A stretch of DNA of 64,000 bases from the NCBI GenBank assembly GCA_963798485.1, contig CAWCTR010000024.1:50847-114846 (forward strand), in the 5' to 3' direction. The notes under the pieces were generated by a model. That model worked only from the letters and a program-made list of their open reading frames with translations. It was not told the origin of the DNA and searched no databases. Below are positions 1 to 10,408 of the stretch, piece after piece. The translations under genes and the position numbers were made by a program. This DNA comes from an uncultured delta proteobacterium. Its GTDB lineage: Bacteria; Desulfobacterota; Desulfomonilia; UBA1062. Within the stretch, counting starts at the first letter, position 1. Each line of letters starts with the position of its first letter.

Positions 1-535
1 CCTTTTGGAGGACTACCGCACTGTACGAGGTTCATATGACAAGATCACCTCCATCGAGATGCTCGAAGCTGTGGGGCATGATCATCTGGGAAACTTTTTT
101 GCTATCTGCGATAACCTCCTCAAACCCGAGGGCCTGGCAGTGCTCCAGGTAATAACCATCCCGGATGCCCGTTATGAAACGTATCGGAGCGAGGCGAACT
201 GGATCAATAAACATATCTTCCCAGGTGGGCACTTACCTTCACTCACTGCTATATGCGATGCTATGACTGCACAGTCCAGGCTGCAAGTGGAACATATCGA
301 GAACATCGGCATTCACTATGCCGAAACACTCAAGCGCTGGCGTCAACGTTTTATAGCTGCAAAGGATGATTTGACGAAGATGGGCTTTGACAGGACCTTG
401 CAGCGCAAATGGATATACTACTTCTCCATATGTGAGGCCCAGTTTGCCTTGCGTGTACTGAATAACCTCCAGATTGTTCTAACAAGGGAGGGGAACAGAC
501 GCCTCAAGCGAAATCAGGGTATAGTATACCTTTGA
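1..535 (+). CDS. cfa: Cyclopropane-fatty-acyl-phospholipid synthase family methyltransferase (C-terminal part; truncated by window start)
   Basis: Motifs DYR..YDKITSIEMLEAVG, WINKHIFPGGHLPS, HYAETLKRW and W.YY...CEA.F typical of CFA/CMAS methyltransferases. Confidence 0.85.
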   Translation, partial: LLEDYRTVRGSYDKITSIEMLEAVGHDHLGNFFAICDNLLKPEGLAVLQVITIPDARYETYRSEANWINKHIFPGGHLPSLTAICDAMTAQSRLQVEHIENIGIHYAETLKRWRQRFIAAKDDLTKMGFDRTLQRKWIYYFSICEAQFALRVLNNLQIVLTREGNRRLKRNQGIVYL

Positions 536-553
536 AGGGAGAGAATAAGAACA

Positions 554-1138
554 ATGAGTAAGAAAGACAGGAGAATCATCCTCATCTGCCAGTGCCTTGT
601 AAATCCTTACTGCAGGGTGCACATCCTGGGGCAGAACTTCCCTTTATCACTTGAAGTAACAGACTATTTGCTGAGGAAGAACGTGGGCATCATCCAGTAT
701 TCCTGCCCCGAGACTACTGCCATGGGCCTGATGCGAAACCCCCAAGGTCGACAGCAATACGACAATATCTTCTTCCGCAACCATTGTAAGGAATTGCTCC
801 AGGTGCCCATGCTAATGGTCAGGGAATTCCTCAAGAACCACTACCGCCTGTGCTGTTTCATCGGCCTGGAGAACAGCCCTACCTGCGGCATCCACTGGGG
901 TCGGCACAAGGTGAACAGGTATGGCACCGAGTCGCCCAACACCGACGAAGTGTATGGAAAAAATCCAAAAGACCCAGTTCTACGGGGAATCATGGGCGAG
1001 ATCCTGGAGGAGGAACTGGCCAAGGAGGGGATCACAACCCCATTTCTGGAACTGCCGGCCCTTTCTCCTGCCGATTCGGACAAAAGGAAACAGTTCTGGA
1101 AAGATCTAGAGGATGCACTTTATTATATTCCTGCATAA
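554..1138 (+). CDS. DUF523/TudS-related (2-thiouracil desulfidase-like) Fe-S protein
   Basis: Cys pattern CLVN..C, CPE...G and SPTCG followed by G..GI; GGAGAG upstream. Confidence 0.65.
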   Translation: MSKKDRRIILICQCLVNPYCRVHILGQNFPLSLEVTDYLLRKNVGIIQYSCPETTAMGLMRNPQGRQQYDNIFFRNHCKELLQVPMLMVREFLKNHYRLCCFIGLENSPTCGIHWGRHKVNRYGTESPNTDEVYGKNPKDPVLRGIMGEILEEELAKEGITTPFLELPALSPADSDKRKQFWKDLEDALYYIPA

Positions 1139-1262
1139 GAGCAGGTAGCTTCTTAAGCTCCCTCTGCCTGTTTATTACACATCCTGTTTTCAAAGATACC
1201 GCAGGATGCTTCAGACTTTTGATTTGCTATAGTTGTAGAGAACATTTTCATAAAAGTATTCA

Positions 1263-1925
1263 ATGGGGGATATAATGGGAATAGATACACGAAGCTCTCA
1301 GTTTATAGCCTTCTTTATTTTCATTTTCTTGCCCCTCATACCGGTATATGAAACAGCAATGGCAATTGAAGAGGCATCCTACAAAGTAATCGAGAAAGAT
1401 GGGGATTTTGAGCTTAGACAATATGTGCCTCAAATCGTAGCAGATACTATCGTTGAAGGGGATTTCGATAAGGTCGGTAATGAAGGATTCTCAAGGCTCT
1501 TCGGTTATATCTCGGGCAACAACACGAAAAAGCAATCGATTTCCATGACTGCCCCGGTATCACAGGAGGCAGGATCAGAAAAAATCCCCATGACTGCACC
1601 TGTTAACCAGGAACAGGTGGGTAACAAGTGGCATATCAGTTTTTTAATGCCATCCAACTACACATTGGAGACCCTGCCTGAACCAACAGACAAGAGGATC
1701 GTACTGAAACTGATTCCCTCTCGAAACGTTGCTGCGATCACTTATTCCGGAACATGGAGTAGATCCCGTTATGAGGAACACAAAGCCATTCTGGGGAAAG
1801 CGATGAATAACAGAAAGCTGAAACCTATTGGGGAGTATATATTTGCACGATACAATCCTCCTTTCATGCCGTGGTTTTTACGAAGAAACGAGGTGCTTGT
1901 TAACGTTGAATTATTTCATGAGTGA
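1263..1925 (+). CDS. SOUL heme-binding protein with N-terminal hydrophobic segment
   Basis: FELRQY, GFSRLFGYISG.N, ISMTAPV/IPMTAPV, ARYNPP...RRNEV are SOUL-family motifs. Confidence 0.9.
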   Translation: MGDIMGIDTRSSQFIAFFIFIFLPLIPVYETAMAIEEASYKVIEKDGDFELRQYVPQIVADTIVEGDFDKVGNEGFSRLFGYISGNNTKKQSISMTAPVSQEAGSEKIPMTAPVNQEQVGNKWHISFLMPSNYTLETLPEPTDKRIVLKLIPSRNVAAITYSGTWSRSRYEEHKAILGKAMNNRKLKPIGEYIFARYNPPFMPWFLRRNEVLVNVELFHE

Positions 1926-2037
1926 GATGAATGGAATGACCATTTATACGAGGAAACCCATTTCGCCTTGAATATGATACTTCTTTTAACACATACTAAC
2001 AATTGAATATGATTCCTGTCATTAAGGAGATGTTTCC

Positions 2038-2898
2038 ATGTCGAAGGACCATATGGCACGTGTTATGACACAGGATATCGGTGATGCAGATCTGTCTTAT
2101 CTGCTCTATGAGGGTGAAGGACCTCCTCTTGTTCTTCTCCACGCCACAGGTTTTCTTCCCTGGCTGTGGCACCCAATTGCAAGGAAGCTCGCGCCAGAGT
2201 GGCGAGTTATTGCACCCTATTTTTGCGATCATCGGATATCAGACCCAGAAAAGGGAGGTCTGAACTGGCTGACTATTGCCCAAGATCTGGCAAACTTATG
2301 CAAGGGGCTCGGGCTGGAAAAGCCTGCCATGGCAGGACACTCTATGGGCGCCACGATCATTACCATTGCCAATGCATGCTTCGGGCTCGATGCGCGAGGC
2401 CTAGTCCTTTTCGAACCCATATTCCTTCCAGAAAATTTCTATAAGGCGCAGGTAACCATAGACCTCCACCCGCTCGCCTCAAAGGCCATACGCAGGAAAG
2501 ACAAGTGGTCTGGCAAGGACGAGGCACATGCCTATCTAAGATCAAAGGCCCTGTTCAAGAACTGGGATGAAGAGATGCTGGAACTATATATCGAATACGG
2601 AATGAAAAGACTCGATGCCGGAGGACTCCAGCTCACATGCTCGCCTATGCGTGAGGCGTCACTCTTTATGGGTGGAATGCAGTATGATCCCTGGCCTGTG
2701 CTGCCTCAAATTTCATGTCCAACACTGGTTCTTGAAGGTGAAGAGAGTGAAAACCGCGCTTATATCGACTTGAAGAAGGTCACTTCACTTTTTAAACAGG
2801 GCACCTACAAGCTAGTAAATGGAGCTGGTCACCTTATCCCACAGGAGAAACCCAGGGAGTCGCTCGAGATCATCAGGAGTTTCTTTAGTAACCCCTAA
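2038..2898 (+). CDS. Alpha/beta fold hydrolase
   Basis: LLHATGF, nucleophile elbow GHSMG, C-terminal GAGHLIPQE. Confidence 0.85.
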   Translation: MSKDHMARVMTQDIGDADLSYLLYEGEGPPLVLLHATGFLPWLWHPIARKLAPEWRVIAPYFCDHRISDPEKGGLNWLTIAQDLANLCKGLGLEKPAMAGHSMGATIITIANACFGLDARGLVLFEPIFLPENFYKAQVTIDLHPLASKAIRRKDKWSGKDEAHAYLRSKALFKNWDEEMLELYIEYGMKRLDAGGLQLTCSPMREASLFMGGMQYDPWPVLPQISCPTLVLEGEESENRAYIDLKKVTSLFKQGTYKLVNGAGHLIPQEKPRESLEIIRSFFSNP

Positions 2899-2961
2899 GA
2901 ATGCAGGGTTGTAGCTCCTATATTAACGGATATCTCTAGCTTCTCTGATCCCAGTCAGCAG

Positions 2962-3504
2962 TTATGCTGCGCCTCCTTTGGATGCGATAAATCCTTGGGC
3001 CGGCGTTCCGGTATCTCCCGGAGTTCCTGCTATTTGTGATAAATATGAGGCGCCGAGCTTATTGATGTGTTCTCCGACATTATCGAAGTAATTGAAATGA
3101 GCCTGCTCTTCATCAATAATGGTCTCGAAGAGCTTCATGCTGAGGCTGTCACCGTTTTCACGGCATGCCAACACGAATTGATTGTAGATATCTATAGTGT
3201 CATCCTCGAGTCCGGCATCAAAAGGAAAGATGACCTCTACCTTCTGCCCCTTCTCGATCTTTGCCGTTGGCTCTGCAGTCGGCTCACCGTTAAGCTCCTT
3301 GATCCGCTCTGCAAACATCTCAGCATGGCGCATCTCATCAATGGCAATGAGCTTTACCTTCAAGGCCAGATCGCCATAATCCATGTTGTCCAGATTATAG
3401 TGCTGGTTCATGTATTGGTAGATAGCCTGCAGCTCCATGGAGCGGGCCTTGTTGAGAACCTCCACAACCTTTTTCTTCTTTGTATCTCTTGAGTCCCGCG
3501 CCAT
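2962..3504 (-). CDS. bfr: Bacterioferritin
   Basis: Ferroxidase motifs ELQAIYQY, DEMRHAE (with heme-ligand Met), DEEQAH; GGAGG RBS supports ATG at 3504. Confidence 0.85.
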   Translation of the reverse strand: MARDSRDTKKKKVVEVLNKARSMELQAIYQYMNQHYNLDNMDYGDLALKVKLIAIDEMRHAEMFAERIKELNGEPTAEPTAKIEKGQKVEVIFPFDAGLEDDTIDIYNQFVLACRENGDSLSMKLFETIIDEEQAHFNYFDNVGEHINKLGASYLSQIAGTPGDTGTPAQGFIASKGGAA

Positions 3505-3609
3505 TAGATACCTCCATAGTAATTTCAATTCATAATAAGGATTTGTAAGTAAACTAACAAGACCCCCACTGGATGATTGTCCCGATTCTTTGATGTGGAA
3601 TAATCAGGT

Positions 3610-4062
3610 TCATTGCTTGATGTGAAGCTCCATAACGTTCTGAAAATCGTTCACGATGTAGTAAGTATCCACGTCCACCTTGAGCAGGGCACAGGTAGGT
3701 GATGTAACGAACTCCTTGAGATACGGATGCGTTGAGAGATAGAGTTTTAGGAGAAGATCTTTTTCCGGGGCTCCGGACTCTATAACTGACCCCGTAGCGG
3801 TTACGGCGATCGCCTGATGAAAATCTGTTTCCTGGTTGGCTCGGTTATCCATTACGAGCGCGACCATAGGATTATGGGTTAGATTATCAAATTTGCGAGT
3901 ATCACGCGTGGTGGCGAAGAGCAGGGACTTGAGATCATCGGTTGCGGCGAAAGCCACTAAGCTGCCATACGCCTGTCCACTGCCATACGTCGCCAGGACG
4001 GCCAAAGACTGAGACGAGAATAAATCTTTAAGAAGTGTTTTAAGCTGGGTTGCATTTTTCAA
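3610..4062 (-). CDS. Pyridoxamine 5'-phosphate oxidase-like FMN-binding protein
   Basis: LAVLAT..G.AYGSLVAF, FAT.R.TRK..NL..NP.V split-barrel pattern. Confidence 0.8.
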   Translation of the reverse strand: MKNATQLKTLLKDLFSSQSLAVLATYGSGQAYGSLVAFAATDDLKSLLFATTRDTRKFDNLTHNPMVALVMDNRANQETDFHQAIAVTATGSVIESGAPEKDLLLKLYLSTHPYLKEFVTSPTCALLKVDVDTYYIVNDFQNVMELHIKQ

Positions 4063-4088
4063 GGGTCCCTCTCTGTGATGGTATCTTC

Positions 4089-4997
4089 CTACTGAGCGAC
4101 AATGCTTTGCAGAGCCTTGTCAATCTCAGGGTATTGGAATACAAAACCGCTGTCAAGCAACCGACGTGGAATGACTCTCTGTCCTTCGAGAAGGACCGAC
4201 CCAAATTCTCCCAGCACCAACTTGATCATGAACCCGGGGGCTGGCATGAAAGAAGGCCGGTGAAGGGCTTTTCCGAGGGCCTTTGCCAGATCCTTGTTTC
4301 TTACAGGGTCCGGAGCACAGAGATTCACCGGTCCTGATATCTCCGTATGTTTCATCAGGAAAACGAAAGCTTCTGCAAGATCTTTGATGTGGATCCAGGA
4401 GAACCACTGGAGGCCGCTCCCGATGGGGCCCCCAATAAACATCTTGAAGAGGGGGATCATCTGGCCGAGAGCCCCTCCATTTTTTCCCAGGACGATGCCG
4501 AACCGGGTTACGACAACCCGGGCTCCCCGTTCTTCTGCCTTAAAGGCTTCCGTTTCCCATTCAACGGCAAGCCTTGCAAGAAAATCATTGCCCGGGGAGG
4601 ATTCTTCGATGAGCTCTTCGTCTTCATGGAACCCGTAGTAGCCTACGGCAGACGTGCTGAAGAGCGTAATCTGTCTGTCTGAACTAGCGGGGATTCCCTC
4701 CACAAGATTCCTCGTGGTGCTGATCCGGCTTTCTATGAGTAGCTTTTTATATGCTTCCGTCCACCGACTGAAGATGGAGGCACCAGCAAGATTGATGATG
4801 ACATCGTGATCCCTTATTGAATCCTGCCAAGACCCTTTTTGCGTGCAGTCTCCCTGTAGATAGGTGATACATGGGGAGGCCGACTTAGATCCTTCTACAG
4901 ATCTGGCAAGTATGGTGATCTCGTTTCCATGCTGGACTAAATGGTCTGAGAGATAGGTACCAACAAATCCGGTACCACCTGTGACGAATATTTTCAT
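4089..4997 (-). CDS. TIGR01777 family NAD-dependent epimerase/oxidoreductase
   Basis: TGGTGFVG, INLAGASI, SAVGYYG, GGPIGSG.QW.SWIH, GQRV.P.RL. Confidence 0.9.
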   Translation of the reverse strand: MKIFVTGGTGFVGTYLSDHLVQHGNEITILARSVEGSKSASPCITYLQGDCTQKGSWQDSIRDHDVIINLAGASIFSRWTEAYKKLLIESRISTTRNLVEGIPASSDRQITLFSTSAVGYYGFHEDEELIEESSPGNDFLARLAVEWETEAFKAEERGARVVVTRFGIVLGKNGGALGQMIPLFKMFIGGPIGSGLQWFSWIHIKDLAEAFVFLMKHTEISGPVNLCAPDPVRNKDLAKALGKALHRPSFMPAPGFMIKLVLGEFGSVLLEGQRVIPRRLLDSGFVFQYPEIDKALQSIVAQ

Positions 4998-5129
4998 CTA
5001 TACCCCTCCTGATTTTCTATGAAGAACAGACCCCTTCCCAAGGATCATGGTTTTTCAAGAGATCCAGGTTGCTATAAAATCCTACCCGGCCAAATCAAAC
5101 CGGAGGTAACAAGTTGATCCTGAAGTCTC

Positions 5130-5516
5130 TTATTCTCTGTCCCCGATCAAGGGCAGTGTTTTATCAATCTTAAAATGGACAAGGTATCTGTTCTGCTTCA
5201 TGTACTCTTCGTCCACTGGGCAACTCTCTCTTCGACGAAGGGTATCGATGAGGGGGCTGTTTTTTTCTTCTTTCGTCTTGGTTAGATAGAGCCTTTTCCC
5301 AACGTATTTTTCGCCTGCTTCCATAAACAGGTAGACGGCGTGTGGGTTGGACTCCAGGTTCTTATGAGTCAGCCGGTCCGCCATAATAAAGGCTACGGTC
5401 CCGTCATCCATGACGTGAGGCCTTGCATAGACAGCCGCCGTCAAAATGCCTCGTGAATCTGCTGTAGACATGACTCCCTTACCCTTTGCATTCTCAAAAT
5501 ATTCGCTCAGTTTCAT
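5130..5516 (-). CDS. Pyridoxamine 5'-phosphate oxidase family protein
   Basis: G.GV.STAD..G, AVYARPH, LTH.NL..NPHA.YLF.E. Confidence 0.75.
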   Translation of the reverse strand: MKLSEYFENAKGKGVMSTADSRGILTAAVYARPHVMDDGTVAFIMADRLTHKNLESNPHAVYLFMEAGEKYVGKRLYLTKTKEEKNSPLIDTLRRRESCPVDEEYMKQNRYLVHFKIDKTLPLIGDRE

Positions 5517-5568
5517 GGATAGAACCTCCTATTCATATATATTTTACATAATGTAGCAATTTTGAATT

Positions 5569-6933
5569 TCAAGATGTATATGGCGTTAATCGGCTCATCA
5601 ACCTCACGTATTCGTCGGCATCAAACTTCCGTTTGAGGCCTCCTTCGTTCATATACCGGACATTCCCGAAGATCTCCCTTTCTTTCCATGGGCGATCATG
5701 TTTTCCCAAGCACCATGCCACGCCGGTGAATCCGCTTGGGTCTCTTCCATCCAGCTCGTATTTGTTGTTCAGGTAAAGGGCTGCCCGGAAGGCCTTATCA
5801 GGTGTCTTGCTCCATTCTAGAATTTTTTTACCCCAGTACATTCTCATATACCCGTGCATCTTCCCGGTAAAAACCATCTCCTTCTGGGCTGCATTCCAGT
5901 AGGGATCATGGGTTTTAGCCGTTTCCAGTTCTTCAAGGTCATAAAGATAGGGTCGCTTGTCTTTCTGATGGGCCTTCAATGTTTTTTGTGCCCATTGGGG
6001 GAGTGCCCCTTCAAAAGAATCGTATTGCCCATTATAGAAAACAAAATTCATACTTAGTTCCCTTCGGACTATGAGCTCTTCGAGATAGGCTTCTTTGATC
6101 AGGCCCTGTGTCTGTGATACCGTTAGCGCAATGGACAGCGGTGAGATCTGGCCAAAGTGCAGGTATGGGCTCATGTGCGAGAGGGAGTCGACCGTGGGGT
6201 CATTTCTTAATTCCGGGAAACGATCCAGCTTGTCTCTCAAGAAGAGCCGAAGATGTTTTTTGGCTTCCCCGGCGCCGCCATGATAGGAAGAAACCTTCTT
6301 CACGCTCCGGTCAATATGAAGTCTGGAAACTGCTTCTTCAACATCGTCGATGTCAAAGGAATCAAAATCCAGAGATAGGGAATCGATGTCGGGATCAATC
6401 TCCTTCAGCGGACAAAGGAAATGATCCAGCTTCTTGTGAATCTTCGACCTGATGGTGGCTGCAGCGTATTCCTCTTTTGGGGAGGTCTCTTCAATGGGAA
6501 CGATAACGTCACTTTCGACTTGAACCAGAGGGCAATCCATTCGGCTGGCTGCGTATTCTCTCCACGCTCTCTGGATTTTCAAGTACCCGCGGTCTACAAC
6601 AACGAAAGACGCTCCTTTCGCAAACTGAACCACTCCCTGTTCAGGGGAAGTGTGTTGGATCACAATCCTGATGCCTCTTTTCTCAAGAGAGCGTTTTACA
6701 TCCCTAAGACCTTCGAGCATGAAGGTGTAATGCCTCTGACTGCCCTCCGGGAAGTGATCAGTAATACCGAAAAAGACAATAAGGGGCTGATGCAATTCAT
6801 TGGCCTTAAACACGGCATACTCAAGGGCATGGTTATACTCCGTCCTTTGAGAGGCCTGCATCCAGTATAGAACGTATCTTCCCTTCTTCGTCTCCTTGGC
6901 ATTCAGGGCTTGGATTCGTTCTTTTTGAATCAT
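5569..6933 (-). CDS. phrB: Deoxyribodipyrimidine photolyase, class II CPD type
   Basis: YVLYWMQASQR, SPYLHFGQIS, THDPYWNAAQ, HGYMRMYWGKKILEW, DGRDP.G..G..W. Confidence 0.93.
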   Translation of the reverse strand: MIQKERIQALNAKETKKGRYVLYWMQASQRTEYNHALEYAVFKANELHQPLIVFFGITDHFPEGSQRHYTFMLEGLRDVKRSLEKRGIRIVIQHTSPEQGVVQFAKGASFVVVDRGYLKIQRAWREYAASRMDCPLVQVESDVIVPIEETSPKEEYAAATIRSKIHKKLDHFLCPLKEIDPDIDSLSLDFDSFDIDDVEEAVSRLHIDRSVKKVSSYHGGAGEAKKHLRLFLRDKLDRFPELRNDPTVDSLSHMSPYLHFGQISPLSIALTVSQTQGLIKEAYLEELIVRRELSMNFVFYNGQYDSFEGALPQWAQKTLKAHQKDKRPYLYDLEELETAKTHDPYWNAAQKEMVFTGKMHGYMRMYWGKKILEWSKTPDKAFRAALYLNNKYELDGRDPSGFTGVAWCLGKHDRPWKEREIFGNVRYMNEGGLKRKFDADEYVRLMSRLTPYTS

Positions 6934-7015
6934 GGCCGCCTCTTTTCTTTAAGTGTTCGTGAACCCTAATGAAAAGATCGCCGGACTTCGTGAGCGGGTC
7001 CGTTAGATTGTTTGT

Positions 7016-8436
7016 TTATTTTATCAAATCTCTTGCTGCATAATAGCCGCAAAGGCCGTGAACACCCCCACCGGGTGGCGTCGATGAAGAGCAGATAAAT
7101 ATATTCCGCTGAGATGTCCTGTAGGGATTGAGGGATACAACCGGACGGGTATAAAGCTGAAAGATATCCTGCACTCCTCCGTTAATATCTCCTCCGACAT
7201 AATTGGGGTTGTATTGTTCCATCACTGTCGCCGACATCGTGTTTCTTGCCAGAATGACCTCTCGAAACCCGGGGGCATAGCTTTCAATCTTTTTTTCGAT
7301 ACGATCGGCCATATCCGCTTTTGAACCATGGGGTACATGGCAATACCCCCAGGCCGTATGCCTGCCTTCAGGGCTCCGTGAAGGATCGAAGAGGCTCTGT
7401 TGTGCGAGCATCACATAAGGCGTTTGGGAGATTTCGCCCTTGTTTACGCAACAGACCGAATCGGCTATCTCCTCATACGAATTCCCCAGGTGGATAGTCC
7501 CTGCCTTTCTACATATTCCGGCCTTCCATGGGATCGGTTCTTTCAGTGCCCAGTCCATTTTATAAACGCCTGGGCCGTAACGGAATCCGGTAAGTCTATG
7601 CCGGTAATTTTCGGAAAGACTAAGGCCTTTAATATCCAACAACTGCCGGGGGGTGACGTCAAAAAAATAATAGGCTGCCTGGGGTATATCCTCCAAAGAA
7701 CTGACAGGTATGCCTGTTACGATTTCGCCTCCCCGGTCAATGAAACAACGGGAAAAGCATCGGCCAGATTCTGCGAGCCACCTTTTACAAACGGCCACCC
7801 TACAGCATGGGCTAATGTCGCAAGTATAATGCCGAAGGCCGCTGTTGCAGGTTTGTGAAGGGGAATCATGGCATGGGCTGCAAGCCCGGCAAATAAAGCT
7901 CGCGTCTGAGGGTTGTGGAATTTTTTCTCTCCAAGACCTTTTGCGGAAAAAAGTGCCTTTGATGCAAATTTGGCCATCAGAAAGGGATCAGAAGGAAAAG
8001 GGATCGGCCTTAATATGCCGGATAGTAATCTTTCATAGCCATTTACAAAGGGCGCAAGAAAATCTTTGTATGCCGTGGCGTCGCGACCCAGAGCATCGGC
8101 TGTTATATCCAGGGACCGATGCAGAAAGACAGCAGATCCATCCTCAAACGGGTGGGCGAGCGGTATTTCCGGATTGACCCAGGAAAGGCCATATTGATGA
8201 AGTTCAAGTGGTCTGAAGAAAGAGGAGGAGGCCGCAAGAGGATGAGCTGTTGAACAGACGTCGTGAACAAAACCAGGTAGGGTTAATTCTGCGGATCGGC
8301 ACCCTCCCCCGATGGTTTCTTTCGCTTCCAGCAAAAGCACGGATGGAAATTTCCTGCCGAGTGTAATGGCGGCAGCTAGGCCGTTGGGACCGCTGCCCAC
8401 AACGACGGCATCATAATGATGTTTGTCAGACGTCAA
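7016..8436 (-). CDS. Phytoene desaturase-like FAD-dependent oxidoreductase (one frameshift near 7753-7756)
   Basis: ORF 7717-8436 (VVGSGPNGL, GFVHDVCS) and ORF 7016-7798 (NPNYVGGDINGG, STPPGGGVHG) join into one gene if one T is added to a T-run (GCT TTT [T]CC CGT). Confidence 0.8.
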
Positions 8437-9626
8437 GGTTTTTGACCATCATTCATATTTTTCCGTGAAGAGATAATTCTTCTCAGCAGATACAGCGGCA
8501 TATATAAAGAAGAGCGGATGGCAGCGCAATACCAGACATTTCCCATCTCGCCCCATCGAAGACGGCGGTCGATCAAGACATTTCGCTGTTCGATCTTACC
8601 TTCAACGCCCAGGCGTGAGGCAAGATTACCAAGTGTCTGATGCCAGAATTGATCCTCCTGCCCCACCGCACCCAATCGAAAACCAAGTTCCATAACCGGA
8701 TCGGCTGCCCTGAAGAGGGGATGCACCTGGATGATGGTTTTATGATCCTCACGAAAACTGCTGAAGTTTATCCAGCCACAAAGCATGTGACCCTGGATCG
8801 TCGAAAAACAAAAGGAATCATCATCGGCATATATCACATGGATGCCTGTTGCCAGCACAAGCATACCCCCGATGCTGAGATTCAAAAGCGCTGTAGCGCC
8901 GGACGCTATGGGAGCGCCGCCGGAGGTGAACAGATGGTTGCCTTTCGGCCAGAAATCGGGAAACTCCGACCGCCAGAGAGATACTATTTTTTGTGGATCC
9001 ATATTCGTGTTGTCGATCTGAAAGCGGTATTTCTTATCCCAAAGACGACCGAATCCATTGACGGGGCTGGTAACTTTTCTGCCGTTTACGTTTATATTCA
9101 TTGCCTCTGCAGGCACATCACACATGGATATATGCTCAACATTTCCCGCCCAGCCAAGGACAAGGGGACCCCTGTACACTTGGAACGCACCTAAGGCGGT
9201 TTGAACTCTTGTTGGGAAAGGTAGTTGGCGCAAAGCTTCATGTTCGTCATCAAACAACGCTATGGCCTTATCAAGGAATGTCAGACGAAATACATCCCGG
9301 AAAGGGTCAACGAGGTGGCAGGCCGCCAGCCCGATATTCTTTTGCGCAAGTCTGGATGCATAAACGAGCAGCAGGCTTGTCCCCTCAGAATCCAGGTGGG
9401 TAAGATTGGTAAAATTCAAAAGAATGTTTTTATTTTTCCTCAGTTCTTCATCATATGATCGAGATAAAATATCCTCACAGGTCCTATTGAGTGATCCCTG
9501 TATATCCAAAATCAAAGTCTCTCCATCGGCAATCCTTGGTCTAATGGCACCTTTGTCTTCAGACATGGGATATTCCTTTTCCTCTTGCATTATTCTGTCA
9601 ATCAAATGGCTTGAATATTCTATCAC
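8433..9626 (-). CDS. STAS (anti-sigma-factor antagonist) domain fused to a DUF1990/SRPBCC-like domain
   Basis: N-half ILLNFTNLTHLDSEG, FRDVFRLT (STAS); C-half GFGRLWDKKY, TGIHVIYADD.SF.F.T..GH...GWI.FS; start codon uncertain. Confidence 0.6.
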   Translation of the reverse strand: MIEYSSHLIDRIMQEEKEYPMSEDKGAIRPRIADGETLILDIQGSLNRTCEDILSRSYDEELRKNKNILLNFTNLTHLDSEGTSLLLVYASRLAQKNIGLAACHLVDPFRDVFRLTFLDKAIALFDDEHEALRQLPFPTRVQTALGAFQVYRGPLVLGWAGNVEHISMCDVPAEAMNINVNGRKVTSPVNGFGRLWDKKYRFQIDNTNMDPQKIVSLWRSEFPDFWPKGNHLFTSGGAPIASGATALLNLSIGGMLVLATGIHVIYADDDSFCFSTIQGHMLCGWINFSSFREDHKTIIQVHPLFRAADPVMELGFRLGAVGQEDQFWHQTLGNLASRLGVEGKIEQRNVLIDRRLRWGEMGNVWYCAAIRSSLYMPLYLLRRIISSRKNMNDGQKP

Positions 9627-9995
9627 ACTACGCAGGAGAATGCGTCCGATCTCTCTATCTATAAAATAAATATAAGGAGAAACGAGTCAATTAATAGGGG
9701 AAAGAAACGCGCATTTTTCATTTTGGACATCCGAGTTCACTAAGGATCACTCACATGGCGACTAGATTGATTTATGGGACTGCAGGTTGCTTCGAGACTT
9801 CAATATCATAGTTTGCCATAAGTTCTACCGGTAGATGACCCGGTTTTTTTAGTATTTAACAGTTTATTGCTTTGCTATCGATATCTGGATATACTGCAAC
9901 AGTGGATCAAATGACGGGATATGCTTACAAAGTGCTGTTTATTGATTTGGTTAGGATGGAACCCTGCAAGAATAAATAAATTTGAGAGGGAGTTT

Positions 9996-10184
9996 ATGAT
10001 GGGAGATCTTAAGAAGGGCGATGTGGTTAAATTAAAGAGTGGAAGCCCTGCAATGACGGTTGAAGATGTTGCTTCCGATGGTACTCTGAGTTGTGTTTGG
10101 TATGATAATGACAAGAAGGAAATTGTGGGTAGAAAGTTCTCGTATGAATGCCTTGATCTTGCCACCACCGTTAAGCCTGAATAA
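9996..10184 (+). CDS. YodC/DUF2158 family small protein
   Basis: KGDVVKLKSGSP.MTV...C.WY; GAGGGAG RBS upstream. Confidence 0.85.
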   Translation: MMGDLKKGDVVKLKSGSPAMTVEDVASDGTLSCVWYDNDKKEIVGRKFSYECLDLATTVKPE

Positions 10185-10408
10185 TTCTTAGCCTGTTCGA
10201 TTGTATTACTATGAAAGAAAGGCCCGCGGCTAATCACCGGACCTTAGTAGGCATACACCTAAGATACTAAGAGCAGTCTCAGGCCCTGTTCTTTTCAACA
10301 TAAGCCACATAAAAATAGAGATACCTTCGATTAATGATCGGTTCCCAAAGAACTGAACCCATAGAATGTTCAGAACTATACACATTTGCTAAAGCGTTGA
10401 TTATGCAA

